Shown here: positions 1-11,701 of the stretch, in pieces
Layout of the letters: the number at the start of each line of letters is the position of its first letter
How positions within the stretch are numbered: the first letter of the stretch is position 1
DNA from: a virus
Taxonomy: Duplodnaviria; Caudoviricetes
DNA length: 64,000 nt
IMG/VR virus record: IMGVR_UViG_3300029288_000138
Location: 19,618 to 83,617 of that record
Direction: 5' to 3' (one strand)
Notes under the pieces: generated by a model
Told to the model about the DNA's origin: nothing
What the model saw: only the letters and a program-made list of their open reading frames with translations
Database searches by the model: none
Translations under genes and position numbers: made by a program

Positions 1-126
1 GTGTATTGATTTTAAAGTATACCCAGAAATATTTGCTAAATTATTTGATGCTGTAAATTATCCAAAGATTAAAATAGATACTAGAAAAGATAACGGTTAA
101 TGGTATGTAAATAATATATATTTCTC

Positions 127-177
127 TTGTTTTCTATTTAATTTTATATTAAATTATAGTGTTATTTAAAATTAAAG
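127..177 (+). promoter_or_regulatory. Early (host sigma70-like) promoter, repeated ~50-bp element; representative copy
   Basis: TTGTTT, 17-18 nt spacer, TATATT/TAAATT, then ATTAAATTATAG(A/T)GTTATTTAAAATTAAAG. Near-identical copies start at about 127, 1619, 3771, 9325, 11705, 23094, 35373, 37332, 39249, 41522, 41743 and 63621; weaker copies at about 27686, 29107 and 31757. Each precedes a + strand gene or RNA. Confidence 0.85.
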
Positions 178-199
178 AACAAAAACAAAGGGGCTAAAA

Positions 200-430
200 A
201 TGAAAGTATCAATTAAACACAAGCAGACTTTAACCGCTGATTTGCCGAATGGGACTGAAGTTGTATCAAATACACACGGTTGGGTAACTTGGTTGCATAA
301 AGGTAAATACATTATACATATATGTACATGTCGTGTAAAAGACTTTGAATGCCAAAATAATACATTTGAAATAAGACTGTTCCCATCAGAAGCAATTGCT
401 ATAGCAAAAAGTTTGCTCAATTTTAAGTAA
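200..430 (+). CDS. hypothetical protein
   Basis: ORF directly after early promoter; upstream GGGG; TAA stop. Confidence 0.7.
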   Translation: MKVSIKHKQTLTADLPNGTEVVSNTHGWVTWLHKGKYIIHICTCRVKDFECQNNTFEIRLFPSEAIAIAKSLLNFK

Positions 431-443
431 CTAATATTTTACA

Positions 444-836
444 ATGATACTAAATAAAGAACTTTTGAAAGAAAAAATATCAGTTCTTAATACTATAATA
501 GTGTGGGAGTGGATTTCAAAAAAACCGGACGGAACAGAAAAGGATGATTATTTCAGTAATATTAATCTACAAAAAGTACCACCATTTCTTTGTTATTTGT
601 GCGAATATAAAATTAATATAACTAAAAATACGTGTCCGGTATTCGGAATTTGTTCATTAGAACATAATTGTATTGTAGTTCCATCTGTATATAAAAATTG
701 GATTATAAATAAAACTAATAAAACTGCTAATATTGTTTATATAGAATTAAAAAAATTCTACGAACAAAAATATAATGAACACTTACCAAAAAATATTAAC
801 TGGTTAGTAAAAAAATATCATAGGATGGTAAGATAA
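444..836 (+). CDS. hypothetical protein (Cys-rich centre)
   Basis: Intact ORF in an early operon; CxxC motifs; 4 Trp, all TGG. Confidence 0.7.
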   Translation: MILNKELLKEKISVLNTIIVWEWISKKPDGTEKDDYFSNINLQKVPPFLCYLCEYKINITKNTCPVFGICSLEHNCIVVPSVYKNWIINKTNKTANIVYIELKKFYEQKYNEHLPKNINWLVKKYHRMVR

Positions 837-838
837 AA

Positions 839-1579
839 ATGAAAATAGTAGGAATCGGCGATATACACGGAATGGATATTTGGAAAAAAATTGTTAAGAA
901 AGAATCTAAAGCTGATAAATTTATATTTTTAGGTGATTATTTTGATACTTATCTAGATATATGGCCAATCGATCAATTAAAAAACTTTGAAGAAATAGTT
1001 AAGTTTAAAACCGAAAATAATAATAAAGCGGAATTGCTGTTTGGTAATCATGATTTTCATTATTTACCGTGGATTAATGAACACTATAGTGGGTTTCAAT
1101 CTGAAATGGCATTTAGTTTTTCTGAAAAATTAGTACCTGTATTTAACGAGGGATTACTGAAAATATGCTTTAAATATGATGATTATCTATTCAGTCATGC
1201 AGGATTTACAAAAACATGGTGTAATTATGCTATAAGAAAAGATAGCATTGATGATAGTAATGATATAGAAGCAATCAATAAATTATTAATAGAACAGCCT
1301 GCAGTTTTTAAATTTAGATATGGCGTTCGTGGAGATTGGTATGGGGATGATATAACACAAGGGCCATTATGGGTTAGACCGAGAAGTTTAGGTGGGAATT
1401 CAATTGACGGATACCATCAAGTAATTGGGCATACTATACAAGAACATATTCGATTAGGATTTTCAAAACATGTTTTTATTGATGCACTTTTAGCCGGGGA
1501 ATACTTAGTTATAGAAGATATCGATAATACAAGTGTTATTAAAATTGGAATATTAAAAGATAAAGAAGGGAATGTATAA
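839..1579 (+). CDS. calcineurin-like metallophosphoesterase
   Basis: Motifs GDIHG, LGDYFD, GNHD, SHAG, GHT. Confidence 0.9.
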   Translation: MKIVGIGDIHGMDIWKKIVKKESKADKFIFLGDYFDTYLDIWPIDQLKNFEEIVKFKTENNNKAELLFGNHDFHYLPWINEHYSGFQSEMAFSFSEKLVPVFNEGLLKICFKYDDYLFSHAGFTKTWCNYAIRKDSIDDSNDIEAINKLLIEQPAVFKFRYGVRGDWYGDDITQGPLWVRPRSLGGNSIDGYHQVIGHTIQEHIRLGFSKHVFIDALLAGEYLVIEDIDNTSVIKIGILKDKEGNV

Positions 1580-1693
1580 ATGAAAAAAATTATCATACTG
1601 TAAGTTTAAAAATAATTCTTGTTTTCTATTCATTTTTATATTAAATTATAATGTTATTTGAGTTATTTAAGATATAATGAAAGGAACAACAAA

Positions 1694-1846
1694 ATGCCAT
1701 TAAAAAAATTCCCAATATTCTGGGACGATTTAACAGTAGACACACAAAGACGAATGTGTGAAGCACTCAATACTGATGAGGACTACGAGTCTGATAACAG
1801 TCAATTAGACCCGTTATTTATTATAGAAAGAGAAACAAATGACTAG
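1694..1846 (+). CDS. small hypothetical protein
   Basis: AAGGA RBS before ATG 1694 (the track starts upstream at TTG 1658). Confidence 0.6.
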   Translation: MPLKKFPIFWDDLTVDTQRRMCEALNTDEDYESDNSQLDPLFIIERETND

Positions 1847-2936
1847 GCAATTAGCAACGACACAAAAAGTAATTTCTTTAGAACCAATTCCAGGTGCTGA
1901 TAAAATAGAAGTAGCAACTATTTTAGGTTGGCATCTAGTGGTATTAAAAAATGAATTCAAAGTTGGTGAATTATGTGTATATTGTGAAGTCGATTCACTT
2001 TTACCTATAAAACCAGAATTTGAATTTTTAAGAAAATCTTGTTATTTGCCATCATGGAATGGATTTAGAATTCGTACGATACGACTGAGGGGGCAAGTAT
2101 CGCAAGGCATTGCATTTCCATTAAGTATTTTGCCAAACAAAAAATGGAAAGAAAATGATGATGTTACTGATGTTCTTGGTATCATAAAATATGATCCTCA
2201 GGCTCGAGAAGAAGAGAAGTTATTAAATAGACGAAAACACAATGCCTTTCATAAATTTCTGATGTCATTTAGATTTATTAGATATATCTACAAGAAATTT
2301 GGTGGAAAAAAAACATCATCTTGGCCCGGATTTATTAGCAAAACTGATGAGGAATGTGTACAAAAACTTGGTGAATTGATGCCAAAATTAGTTGGGAAAA
2401 AATTGTATTATTCGGAAAAACTAGATGGGCAATCCGGTACGTATGCTTATTATAAGAGAAAATTTTATGTTTGTTCAAGAAATATATGGCTAAGTATTAA
2501 AAATGATAGTAATTATTGGAAAATATCCGATAAATATAATATATTAAGTATTCTTAAAAATGAATATAAACAGAATACTTTGAACTTAGGAATACAAGGA
2601 GAAATTGTAGGACCGGGAATACAAGGAAATAAATATGAATTACCAGAAATTGATTTATTCGTATTTAATATATATGATATAAACCAACAAACTTATTTTA
2701 ATGAATTAGAAATAGAATTGTTTTGTAAGAAATACGGACTAAAAATGGTTCCAGTACTTGGATTTTTTATGCTTGATAATATCCCAATTACTGATTATTT
2801 CGTTGAATTATCCAGAGGTAAATCTATTTTAGATTTGGCTATTCTGAGAGAAGGAATTGTAATTAGGACTACTGCAGATAAATCAATATCATTTAAAGCA
2901 ATTAATCCTGATTTCTTAGAAAAATATAAAGAATAA
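1839..2936 (+). CDS. RNA ligase, Rnl2 family (DRB0094-like, N-terminal OB-like domain)
   Basis: Nucleotidyltransferase motifs SEKLDGQS, QGEIVG, FVF, REGIV, SFKAIN; N-terminus I.PIPGADKIEVA. Confidence 0.9.
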   Translation: MTRQLATTQKVISLEPIPGADKIEVATILGWHLVVLKNEFKVGELCVYCEVDSLLPIKPEFEFLRKSCYLPSWNGFRIRTIRLRGQVSQGIAFPLSILPNKKWKENDDVTDVLGIIKYDPQAREEEKLLNRRKHNAFHKFLMSFRFIRYIYKKFGGKKTSSWPGFISKTDEECVQKLGELMPKLVGKKLYYSEKLDGQSGTYAYYKRKFYVCSRNIWLSIKNDSNYWKISDKYNILSILKNEYKQNTLNLGIQGEIVGPGIQGNKYELPEIDLFVFNIYDINQQTYFNELEIELFCKKYGLKMVPVLGFFMLDNIPITDYFVELSRGKSILDLAILREGIVIRTTADKSISFKAINPDFLEKYKE

Positions 2937-2948
2937 AGGAGAATTAAA

Positions 2949-3293
2949 ATGAGAGATAAAACAAGAAACGAAATTGAGGAAATGATTGAAAGTTATATAG
3001 AAGATCATATCAACGCAAAACACCGTCAAAATCCAATTGGATGTGTGTATATGGGGGTAATCCGAAAGCTATTTTGGTCCGATTCTTATTGTCACCCGCA
3101 AGATGAACGAGTAACCACAAAGCAATGGGTTGATTTTTATAAAAAAGATGATGAGGCCAATGGATATATTAAAATCAATGGGGTGTGGTTCAGAAAAGAA
3201 GATGTTATTATATATGAAACCTATTATGAAACCCAATATCAAGAAAAACGTAAAAAAATCGAAAAAAGATTATCTATGCCAAGCAAAGATTAA
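2949..3293 (+). CDS. hypothetical protein
   Basis: GGAG RBS, intact ORF. Confidence 0.7.
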   Translation: MRDKTRNEIEEMIESYIEDHINAKHRQNPIGCVYMGVIRKLFWSDSYCHPQDERVTTKQWVDFYKKDDEANGYIKINGVWFRKEDVIIYETYYETQYQEKRKKIEKRLSMPSKD

Positions 3294-3330
3294 AGAAATA
3301 ATGAAACATCAATAAAGAATAAAAGGAGAA

Positions 3331-3732
3331 ATGATGAACGCAGATTTAATTATTTATTGTATTTGTATTATTTTAGCAGGATGGGTCTTTTGGGGACTGG
3401 GATATAATGCGGGTAAAAATTCCCAGCCGATAATTGCAACAGCTGAAAAACAAGAATGTGTTCATTCAGCTGTTTCTGCTTTAACACCCGAAATATTTAG
3501 TGGATATAAAGATGGTGATTATATTGTTTGTTATCCCGATATGGGAAATGGACATAGAATGACATTAAACGAAGAAATCATCAAAACGATTACAGAAAAA
3601 CTAATGGTAGACGCAGAATGCTTGATTAATGCGGATGGTGTTGATGAAGAAGATAGAATTTTAGGCAGAATAGAAGCAGAAACCAATATAATTAGGTTTT
3701 TAAAACGAAATCTTGGAAATGAGCCGGTATAA
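3331..3732 (+). CDS. hypothetical protein with N-terminal transmembrane helix
   Basis: GGAG RBS; hydrophobic N-terminal segment. Confidence 0.7.
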   Translation: MMNADLIIYCICIILAGWVFWGLGYNAGKNSQPIIATAEKQECVHSAVSALTPEIFSGYKDGDYIVCYPDMGNGHRMTLNEEIIKTITEKLMVDAECLINADGVDEEDRILGRIEAETNIIRFLKRNLGNEPV

Positions 3733-3750
3733 CGTCGTCGGTTATACCCC
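3722..3750. repeat. AAC/GTT-cored inverted repeat
   Basis: GGTATAAC-gtcgtcg-GTTATACC, overlapping the TAA stop of the upstream gene. Confidence 0.6.
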
Positions 3751-3843
3751 ATCAATACACAATTTATTTCTTGTTTATATACAATGTATTCATTAAATTA
3801 TATAGTTATTTAAAATTAAAGAACAAAAACAAAGGAGTTAAAA

Positions 3844-4161
3844 ATGGTTACTCTTCGATTTAAGTCATTTGTTACCAATCCAGAAAATGGTCAAGGTACG
3901 GGCTTAACAGACAAACCTAAAACAAAAGGTCTACGAACAACATTAGTTAGTGTTGAGGTTGAAACTGCCAATGGTGTTATAGTTTTATGCGGGGCATCAA
4001 AGCAATCAGCAAAAGATCATGATAAACGAGCACTTGGTCAAAAGTATGCTTTATCAAATGCGTTGAAGCACGACACAGACCTGACATACGATGAACGTAA
4101 ATTGGTTTGGATTGCTTTCTTCAAATTTTCCAGAAAAACAGCAGCATTATGTAAAAAATAA
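3844..4161 (+). CDS. hypothetical protein
   Basis: Early promoter plus GGAG RBS; motif D..RALGQKYAL..AL. Confidence 0.75.
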   Translation: MVTLRFKSFVTNPENGQGTGLTDKPKTKGLRTTLVSVEVETANGVIVLCGASKQSAKDHDKRALGQKYALSNALKHDTDLTYDERKLVWIAFFKFSRKTAALCKK

Positions 4162-4169
4162 ATGAAAGC

Positions 4170-4242
4170 GCCTCAATGGTCTAATCAGGTAGGGCGGAGG
4201 ATTGCAAATCCTTAGATATAGGTTCAAATCCTTTTTGGGGCT
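4170..4242 (+). tRNA. tRNA-Cys(GCA)
   Basis: Acceptor GCCTCAA/TTGGGGC, anticodon loop TTGCAAA, T-loop TTCAAAT, discriminator U. Confidence 0.9.
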
Positions 4243-4271
4243 CATTTAAAAGTTACAAGGAAAGGTGTAGG

Positions 4272-4424
4272 ATGTCTTTCAGAAGAAAGAAAGAAGACGA
4301 GTTTAGAAAAAAGAAAAAATTTAAAAAACTCAAATTAAAATTCAAAAACGAAGAAGAAGAACAAAAATACAAAAATTGGAAATATGAAAAATTTCCAAAG
4401 ATTAATACAAATGATGAGGAATAA
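4272..4424 (+). CDS. small Lys-rich hypothetical protein
   Basis: 50-aa ORF MSFRRKKEDEFRKKKKF..., TAA abuts the next ATG. Confidence 0.55.
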   Translation: MSFRRKKEDEFRKKKKFKKLKLKFKNEEEEQKYKNWKYEKFPKINTNDEE

Positions 4425-4823
4425 ATGCCAATTCAGTCTACTGGTATATTTCTAATTAATAAAAATGATAAAATATTACTAGTGCATCCCTCTGGTTGGT
4501 ATAATAAAAGTGCTCCGTATTATATGCCGAAAGAAACAATAGAACCCGGTGATACTATTCTATCATCTTGTCAAAGAGTTATAACAGAAGAATTGGGACT
4601 AAATTTAAATTCTGTTTTAATCCAATCTAATTTTACTAGTGTGCAACAGCCAAATAAACTGGTTTATTGTTTTTATGGGATATATTATGGAAATAAAAAT
4701 AGTATCAAATTGGATTGGGAAAATGATAAATATGTATGGGTAGACTTTGAAACCGCAAAGAAAATCATTCGAGTCGAATACATTAAAGCAATTGAACAAT
4801 TACAATATTTGTTATTAAAATAA
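4425..4823 (+). CDS. NUDIX hydrolase (degenerate Nudix box)
   Basis: ILLVHP...PKETIEPGDT....CQRVITEELG. Confidence 0.75.
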   Translation: MPIQSTGIFLINKNDKILLVHPSGWYNKSAPYYMPKETIEPGDTILSSCQRVITEELGLNLNSVLIQSNFTSVQQPNKLVYCFYGIYYGNKNSIKLDWENDKYVWVDFETAKKIIRVEYIKAIEQLQYLLLK

Positions 4824-4833
4824 GGAACCAATT

Positions 4834-5166
4834 ATGTTAGTATGCACAATATACAAGCATGAAGCATCTGAAGTTAAAGAGTGGATCGAAAAAGAATATA
4901 AGTTTGATCGAATTAAAGAGTTATTTATTAAAAAATATAAACGAAATCTACCATTTGAAACTGAGTATGAATTAATAGAAGTGGTAGAAAGGAAATTAAA
5001 AATAAAATTGCAATTACCAGAAGAATCACCAACCCAAAAACAAGATTGGGAATTTCTATGGCATAGATTTGGGTTAAATAAACGATGCATAAAATGTAGT
5101 AAAAAATGTAAGCAACACGCAGGATGCGTTGTAGAATATTGCCCATTATTTGTTAAAAAGATTTAA
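4834..5166 (+). CDS. hypothetical protein with C-terminal Cys motif
   Basis: Intact ORF; C..C...CKQH......YCP. Confidence 0.7.
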   Translation: MLVCTIYKHEASEVKEWIEKEYKFDRIKELFIKKYKRNLPFETEYELIEVVERKLKIKLQLPEESPTQKQDWEFLWHRFGLNKRCIKCSKKCKQHAGCVVEYCPLFVKKI

Positions 5167-6098
5167 TGATAAAAAATCCAGAACGATTAAAAGAAATATT
5201 AATACAAAAACTAGGTCAGTGTAAAACTTTAAATAGCGGTGAAATTGAATTTTTCTGCCCATTTTGCTTTCACAAAAAGAAAAAGTTAAAAGTTAATACT
5301 ATGACTGGTCACTGACATTGTTTTGTTTGTGGAGTTGGGTCTTTAGGAATATTAGATTTATTTAAAAAGACCAAATCTAGTAATAGTATAATCAAAGAAG
5401 TATTTGATTTAATTGATAATAATAAAGTATACATTAAATCAAATATAATAGAAAATAACAATAATAACATAGTATTACCAAATGAATTTATCCCACTGCA
5501 TAAATTACGGCTTAGTATTGAATATAAAAATGCAATTCAATATTTAAATAAAAGGCATATAACCCAGGAAAAAATTAATAGATATAATATAGGATATTGT
5601 GAAACTGGAAAATACGCATATAGAATAATATTGCCCAGTTACAATGCTAATGGAGTATTAAATTATTTTACTGCTAGAGCATATTATGATAATATGTTTG
5701 AAAAATATAAAAATCCAGGATATTCAAAAGATACATTTATATTTGAATTGTATATATCATGATTATTTCCGATTATACTAGTTGAAGGAATGATAGATGC
5801 AATTGTAATTGATAGGAATGCTATTCCTATGTTAGGGAAATCAGTTAATAATACGTTAATGTTATCATTAATAAAACATAATGTAAAAGAAGTATATCTA
5901 GCATTGGATGCCGATGCTACTAAGGATATATATAAGATAGCCAAAAAATTAATATCTAATAGCGTCAATGTTAGAGCGGTTATATTACCAAAAAATCAAG
6001 ACCCAGCAACAATTGGTCAATCTGAATTTTTTAACTGCATGAATAATAGTATTCTTTTAGATAAGTGTAATCTATTAAAGTTTAAAATGAAATCATAG
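5166..6098 (+). CDS. DNA primase (zinc finger plus TOPRIM); TGA read as Trp
   Basis: CPFCFH...TGH*HCFVC (TGA 5313) and FELYIS*LFPIILVEG (TGA 5760) fall at typical Trp positions; TOPRIM ALDADA; same frame as track ORF 5790-6098. Confidence 0.9.
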
Positions 6099-6109
6099 GA
6101 GAATAGGTA

Positions 6110-9100
6110 TTGGGAATTATACGATTGAGTGATACTGCAGTAATTAATAGAATAGTGCATTCTGCAGACATACATATTAGGAATGTAGAGCGACACAATG
6201 AATATAAAAAAATTATAAAAAAATGATTAAAATCTTTATCTATACAAAATGTAGATTTGATATGTATTGTTGGAGATACACTTCATTCTAAAACAGTGCT
6301 TTCTCCAGAATCAATAAACATTGTATATGAGTTATTAACTAAATTATCTAAAATATCCCCAGTTATAATTTCATTAGGCAATCACGATGTAAATTTAACA
6401 AACCCAAATAGAATGGATGCTTTATCCCCGATTATAAAAATGGCAAATATTCAAAATGTGCATTTGCTAAATACTTCAAATATATATCGTTACGGCAATA
6501 TAGATTTTTATAATGTTTCAATTAGAAAAAAAGATTTAAATATTGTTGAAAATGTATATGATAATAATCAAACTAACATTGCATTATATCACGGAGTAAT
6601 AAAAAGTTCTAGAAATGATTTTGGGTATGTTTTTGAAAGTGAAATTTCTAGCGAAATATTTGAAAAATTTGATATCGCAATGTTAGGGGATATCCATCGT
6701 CGGCAGGAAATAAATAGCAAAAAAATACAATATTGCGGTTCATTAATTCAACAAAATTATGGAGAAGATACAGAAAAAGGATATGTTATTTGGGATATAT
6801 CTGATAAAAATGATATAAAAAGCGAATTTGTTAAAATAACCAATGACAATGCCTTTTATACAATAACTACAAACAAAGGCAAATTACCTGATTTAAATAT
6901 TACTGAAAAAAATCCTAGAATCAGACTATTTTTAGATAGAGATGCATTAAATAATGCAAATGAAATTATTCATCAAATAAAACAAACTTTAAACCCGTTA
7001 GAACTTACATCTCATGTTAAAGATGAAACAGAAAAAAGTAATATTACTAGAAAATATGAAGTACAAAGTTTTTATGATACAGGAGTTCAAAATGGATTGA
7101 TAGAAAGATTTTTGAAAGATAAGTATTCAACTATTAGTAATGAAGAATTAAATAATATATTCAATTTAAATTTTGAAATGGAAAATATATTAAGAGATGG
7201 TGGGTACTATGTTATGCCAAATTATGGTAGTAATTGAAGTGTAGAAAAATTAGAATTTGATAATATGCTTATTTATGGTGAAGGAAATAGTGTAAACTTT
7301 AATAATCTACCCGGTATAACTGGAATATTTGGTGCTAATAATACTGGTAAGAGTGCATTTTTTGATATACTGATGTTTGCTTTGTTTGGTCAAACAACTA
7401 AAAATTTAGTGTTAGAAAAAATCGTTAATGACAAAAAGAACAATGCAACTGCAATGACTCTTATATACTTAGATATAATTGGCTGTAAATATGCTATAGA
7501 AAGAATAATAGGTACAAAGTATTTTAAAAAATACGGCAGAAGATCGGTTATAACTAGCACGTTAAATTTTTATGTTGTTGATAATAATGGTGAAAAAATA
7601 TTGCAAAATGATGATGACAAAAATAAAACGGAAAGAAAAATAAGAACAATGATAGGCACCCCAGAAGATTTTATATCAACTACTATGTTAGTGCAAAATG
7701 ATGGAACTCCATTTATTAGTAATAGAGATACAAAAAGAAAATCTTCATTAAGCAGATTATTAGGATTAGAACCACTAGAGCAAAAATATGATAGAGCAAA
7801 TACTATGGCAAGAAAAATTAGTATTATTTTAGAAGATTTGTTATCTAAAGATTATAAATCGGAATTGGCTCAGTTATTGATAAAAATTAATAGTGCTAAT
7901 AATATTAAAGAAAATCTTTCAATTGATTTAAGTAATCTAAATAAAAAACTAGAAGATATTGAAAATGAAATAGAAGAATATAGAAATAGCTTAAATAATA
8001 TAAAATTGTTTGATTTAAATTTAGATAAAATCAATATCGAATTAAATAATCATACTACTTCATTGGGATTGAAAGAAACAGAATTAAAAGAGGCTAATAG
8101 TATATTTACTAGTTTAAAGGAACAATATATAAATTTGGATACTGAATTATCTAAATATGATTATATCGAACTGGAAAAAAATAATACTGAATATGTACAA
8201 TTAAATAAGCAACTAACAGAAATTAAAAACGATATTGAAAAATTAACTATTACAGTTAAACAAAAATTACAGCAATTAAATATACTAAAGAATGAACCAT
8301 GGCATGAATATGAAGAGGTTTGCAGAACTTGCTCATTTTTAAAAGATGCATTCAAAAGTAAAGACGAATTATATATTCACTCTAAAGAATCTGATGAGTT
8401 ACTAGCATCAAGAAATAATATAGAAAATAGTATGGCAAAATTGCTTCCAGAAGTTACTAAATTCAAAACATACAATAACACTTTCACTGATAAAAACAGT
8501 ATTTTTGAGAAAATGAAAATTACCAAATTGAAAATATCTGAGATAAGCAATGAAGCTGAATTGATAAAAACAAGAATAAATATATGTAATAATAATATCA
8601 ATGAATATAACAATAATAAAGAATCTATTGATAAAAATACAGAAATACAAAAAAATATAGAATCTATTAAGAAAATAAAAGAATCATATAAAAGTAATAT
8701 AGCAGAAGTATCAAATAGTTTAATTAATATATTAGGAGATATAAAATTATTGGATAACAGAAAAGAACAGGTTGTATCTGAAATAGAAAAAATACAGGAA
8801 TTAGAAACTAAGCATAATACTTACAGATACTATTTAGAGGCTATTCATAGAGACAATATTCCCTATCAAATTATATCTCAAATGTTGCCGCATATAAATC
8901 ACGAAATAACTCATATACTAGAAACAACTGTAGATTTTAGTATTGATATTAGATCCGGAGAAGATAAAATAGAAATAATTATTGTTAGACCAAATGGAGA
9001 GGAAAGACCCATAGAGGCCGAAGGCGGAATGGTAAATGTTATTTCTGGTATAGCAATTAGAGCAGCATTGAATTTTGTTTCTGTATTACCGAAACCAGAC

Positions 9101-9295
9101 TTCTTTGCTATAGATGAAGGATTTTCGGCCTTTGATGAAAACATATTATCTTCTGTATACAATTTAATAGACTTTTTAAAGAGCAAATTTAAGAATGTAT
9201 TTATGATAACTCATATCAATAGTTTAAAAGATGGGGTTGATAATATTATAGAAATAAAGCCAGAACGAGGTGGCTCTATAGTTAATGTTTGTTAA
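6110..9295 (+). CDS. Fused Mre11/SbcD-Rad50/SbcC recombination nuclease-ATPase (T4 gp47-gp46-like); TGA read as Trp
   Basis: HSADIH, VGD, GNHD, LGDIH phosphoesterase motifs. Reads through TGA 6224 and TGA 7235 (N*SVEKLEFDNMLIYGEG) into Walker A GANNTGKS, coiled coil with CxxC hook, Walker B IDEG. Confidence 0.85.
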
Positions 9296-9387
9296 AAAAT
9301 ATTATTGTTTTATAAAGAATTATCTTGTTTTTCAATCATTTTAATATTAAATTATAGGGTTAATTAAAATAAAGAAGGAAAAAGAAA

Positions 9388-9756
9388 ATGAAAATCCTAA
9401 AAATTAAGAAAACTTTTGAAACAGCAGAAGAAGTTTATGCTAGTTCCGAATTTCATAAGATTTGGGAGGGTTTTAATGAAAACAAACCATTCATTCGATA
9501 TAAAAACGAGTTTACATTTTATAAAGCTTTTGTAACAGCCGGGCAATATGAGGATGATATTTGGATGTGGTATAAGTGCCTAGATGGTATGGTTTTTCTG
9601 CGAAAAATTTCGGTCTGTTCCTGTTTGGATAACGCAGATTTTCGCTTAGTTTTAATCAATGAAGAAAAAAATGAAATCGTATTGACAGATATGTTCTTCA
9701 AAAAATCCGTAAATCTCTCGAAAAACTTGCCAAAACTTAGAACAACTTTTTGCTAA
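9388..9756 (+). CDS. hypothetical protein
   Basis: Early promoter plus AAGGA RBS. Confidence 0.7.
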   Translation: MKILKIKKTFETAEEVYASSEFHKIWEGFNENKPFIRYKNEFTFYKAFVTAGQYEDDIWMWYKCLDGMVFLRKISVCSCLDNADFRLVLINEEKNEIVLTDMFFKKSVNLSKNLPKLRTTFC

Positions 9757-9761
9757 ACCGA

Positions 9762-11114
9762 ATGAACAACAAAGAACAATCAATCAAAATAATCAAAACT
9801 ATACAATCTAAAGGATTCGAAGCAGTTTGGGCCGGCGGGTGTGTACGAGATACTATTCTAAATCTCGAACCAAATGATTATGATATTGCTACAAATGCTA
9901 CTCCTAATGATATTGAAAGAATTTTTGATAATTCAAAATTCGACTACAAATTCATTATCAATAAACACTGTAATGGAAATAGATTTGGAGTATCATTAAT
10001 TAAAGGCATAGAAGTAGCAACATTCAGAACAGACGGGAAGTATGAGGACGGCCGCAGACCAGAAGGAGTAGAGTTTTGCGATATGGAACATGATGCAGCC
10101 AGGCGGGATTTTACATGCAATGCGTTATACATGGATCCAGTAGAAAATACCATTTATGATTTTGTCAATGGCATCAATGATATCAATAACAAAAAATTAA
10201 AATTCGTTGGTAAAGCAATTGATAGAATCAATGAAGATTATTTAAGGATGCTAAGATTTGTTAGATTCTTAGCAAAATTTGATTTTGATTATGACTACGA
10301 TGATATTGATACCATACAAAACAATGCTGAAAATATTAAAAAATTATCTGGTGAAGTAATATTAATGGAATTGGTCAAAATGGCCGTTTTATTTCCTGAT
10401 AAATTTGCTAAATGCATTGTGTTAATGAAGATGACAAATTTGTTACAATATATTTTTCCTAGTGTTGATAGGCTTGATACTATTGAACAAGATCCAATCA
10501 ATCATCCAGAGGGAGTGGTTTGGGAGCATACTATTCTAACAGTTTCTAAACTACAAAAAGATATTAAATTAGAAACTAAATTTGCTGCTTTATTTCATGA
10601 TACTGGAAAATATCAAACCAAAGGGTTCAATAAAGAAAAGAACAAAATTACATTTTATGGCCACGAAGATTTTAGTGTAGAAAATACCAAAGAAGAATTA
10701 CTGAATTTAAAAGCATCGAATGATTTTATTGACTCGATTGTATCATTAATATCAAATCATATGAGATTTAGATTGGTCAAAGAAATGAAAAAATCTAAAT
10801 TGATTAAATTTTTTGCATTAGATAATTTCAATGAACTAATGAAATTACATAAAGCAGATTGTTTAGGTAGTGATAATGATTTAGAATACTATAATTTCTG
10901 TACAGAAAAAATCAATGAATTAAAAGATGAAAATTCTAATAGTGTTACTTTACCCAAAAGATTAATTAATGGGGATGATTTAATTTCAATTGGTTATATC
11001 CCCGGAAAAATATTCAAAGATATTCTGGATACTGTATTTGATTTGCAATTGGAAGGCAGTATTAATACAAAAGAAGATGCAATACAATTCATACTTGATA
11101 AATATCATCTATAA
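9762..11114 (+). CDS. cca: CCA-adding tRNA nucleotidyltransferase with HD domain
   Basis: GGCVRD....DYDIAT, EVATFR, DAARRDFTCNA, EDYLRMLR; HD region H.EG.VWEHT...FHDTGK. Confidence 0.92.
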   Translation: MNNKEQSIKIIKTIQSKGFEAVWAGGCVRDTILNLEPNDYDIATNATPNDIERIFDNSKFDYKFIINKHCNGNRFGVSLIKGIEVATFRTDGKYEDGRRPEGVEFCDMEHDAARRDFTCNALYMDPVENTIYDFVNGINDINNKKLKFVGKAIDRINEDYLRMLRFVRFLAKFDFDYDYDDIDTIQNNAENIKKLSGEVILMELVKMAVLFPDKFAKCIVLMKMTNLLQYIFPSVDRLDTIEQDPINHPEGVVWEHTILTVSKLQKDIKLETKFAALFHDTGKYQTKGFNKEKNKITFYGHEDFSVENTKEELLNLKASNDFIDSIVSLISNHMRFRLVKEMKKSKLIKFFALDNFNELMKLHKADCLGSDNDLEYYNFCTEKINELKDENSNSVTLPKRLINGDDLISIGYIPGKIFKDILDTVFDLQLEGSINTKEDAIQFILDKYHL

Positions 11115-11138
11115 GAATAGTAATTCTAGATTGAATTA

Positions 11139-11146
11139 TATTTATA
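11139..11146 (+). promoter_or_regulatory. Late-type promoter motif TATTTATA; representative copy
   Basis: TATTTATA or TATTTATT shortly upstream of gene/RNA starts at 11139, 13558, 15713, 22225, 26808, 31006, 34472, 35982, 42802, 50610, 51954, 58705, 61629. These precede structural, lysis and TGA-containing genes. Late timing is an inference by analogy to T4 TATAAATA. Confidence 0.7.
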
Positions 11147-11152
11147 ATTGAG

Positions 11153-11701
11153 ATGATAAAACTATCTAAAATACTAAAAGAATTTAACAATGTATCTGGT
11201 ACACCAGTATTTGAGTTTAATACCCAAATCTACATTCCATTACAAGTAACAAAGATTCCAAGTGTAATTAATAAACCAAATGTAGTCAAAACAGTATTCA
11301 TCGAATTGAATTATTCGTACATATATAACTATGTAAGAAAAGTATTGACAAATATAATCCAAAAGAATTTAAAATCTAGTAATATAAAATTTAATCCATC
11401 TAAAAATATTAGTCCGTGATTATTTCCTTATGCTATAATTAAAAGTGGCGATTGACGGAGTTCTCAATATTTTAATACTGAAGATGTCGAATTACTTAAA
11501 ATGATATTCCCAGATAAGTTTCAATGTATATTATCTGGAAAGGTGTATAAGTATGAAAATGGATATAAAATAGTATATAATTGAAATGATAAATCTAAAT
11601 TTGAACAAAGTCTAAACCAGTTTATAAAGAATAAGTCAGATAGTAAAGTAACAGTCTGAGGTACTTGGAAGGTGAATTTTCCGGAATATTTTACAATTTA
11701 A
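11153..11701 (+). CDS. hypothetical protein, MIKLSKILKE leader; 4 TGA read as Trp
   Basis: Frame stays open past TGA 11417 to TAA 11699-11701. Confidence 0.75.
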
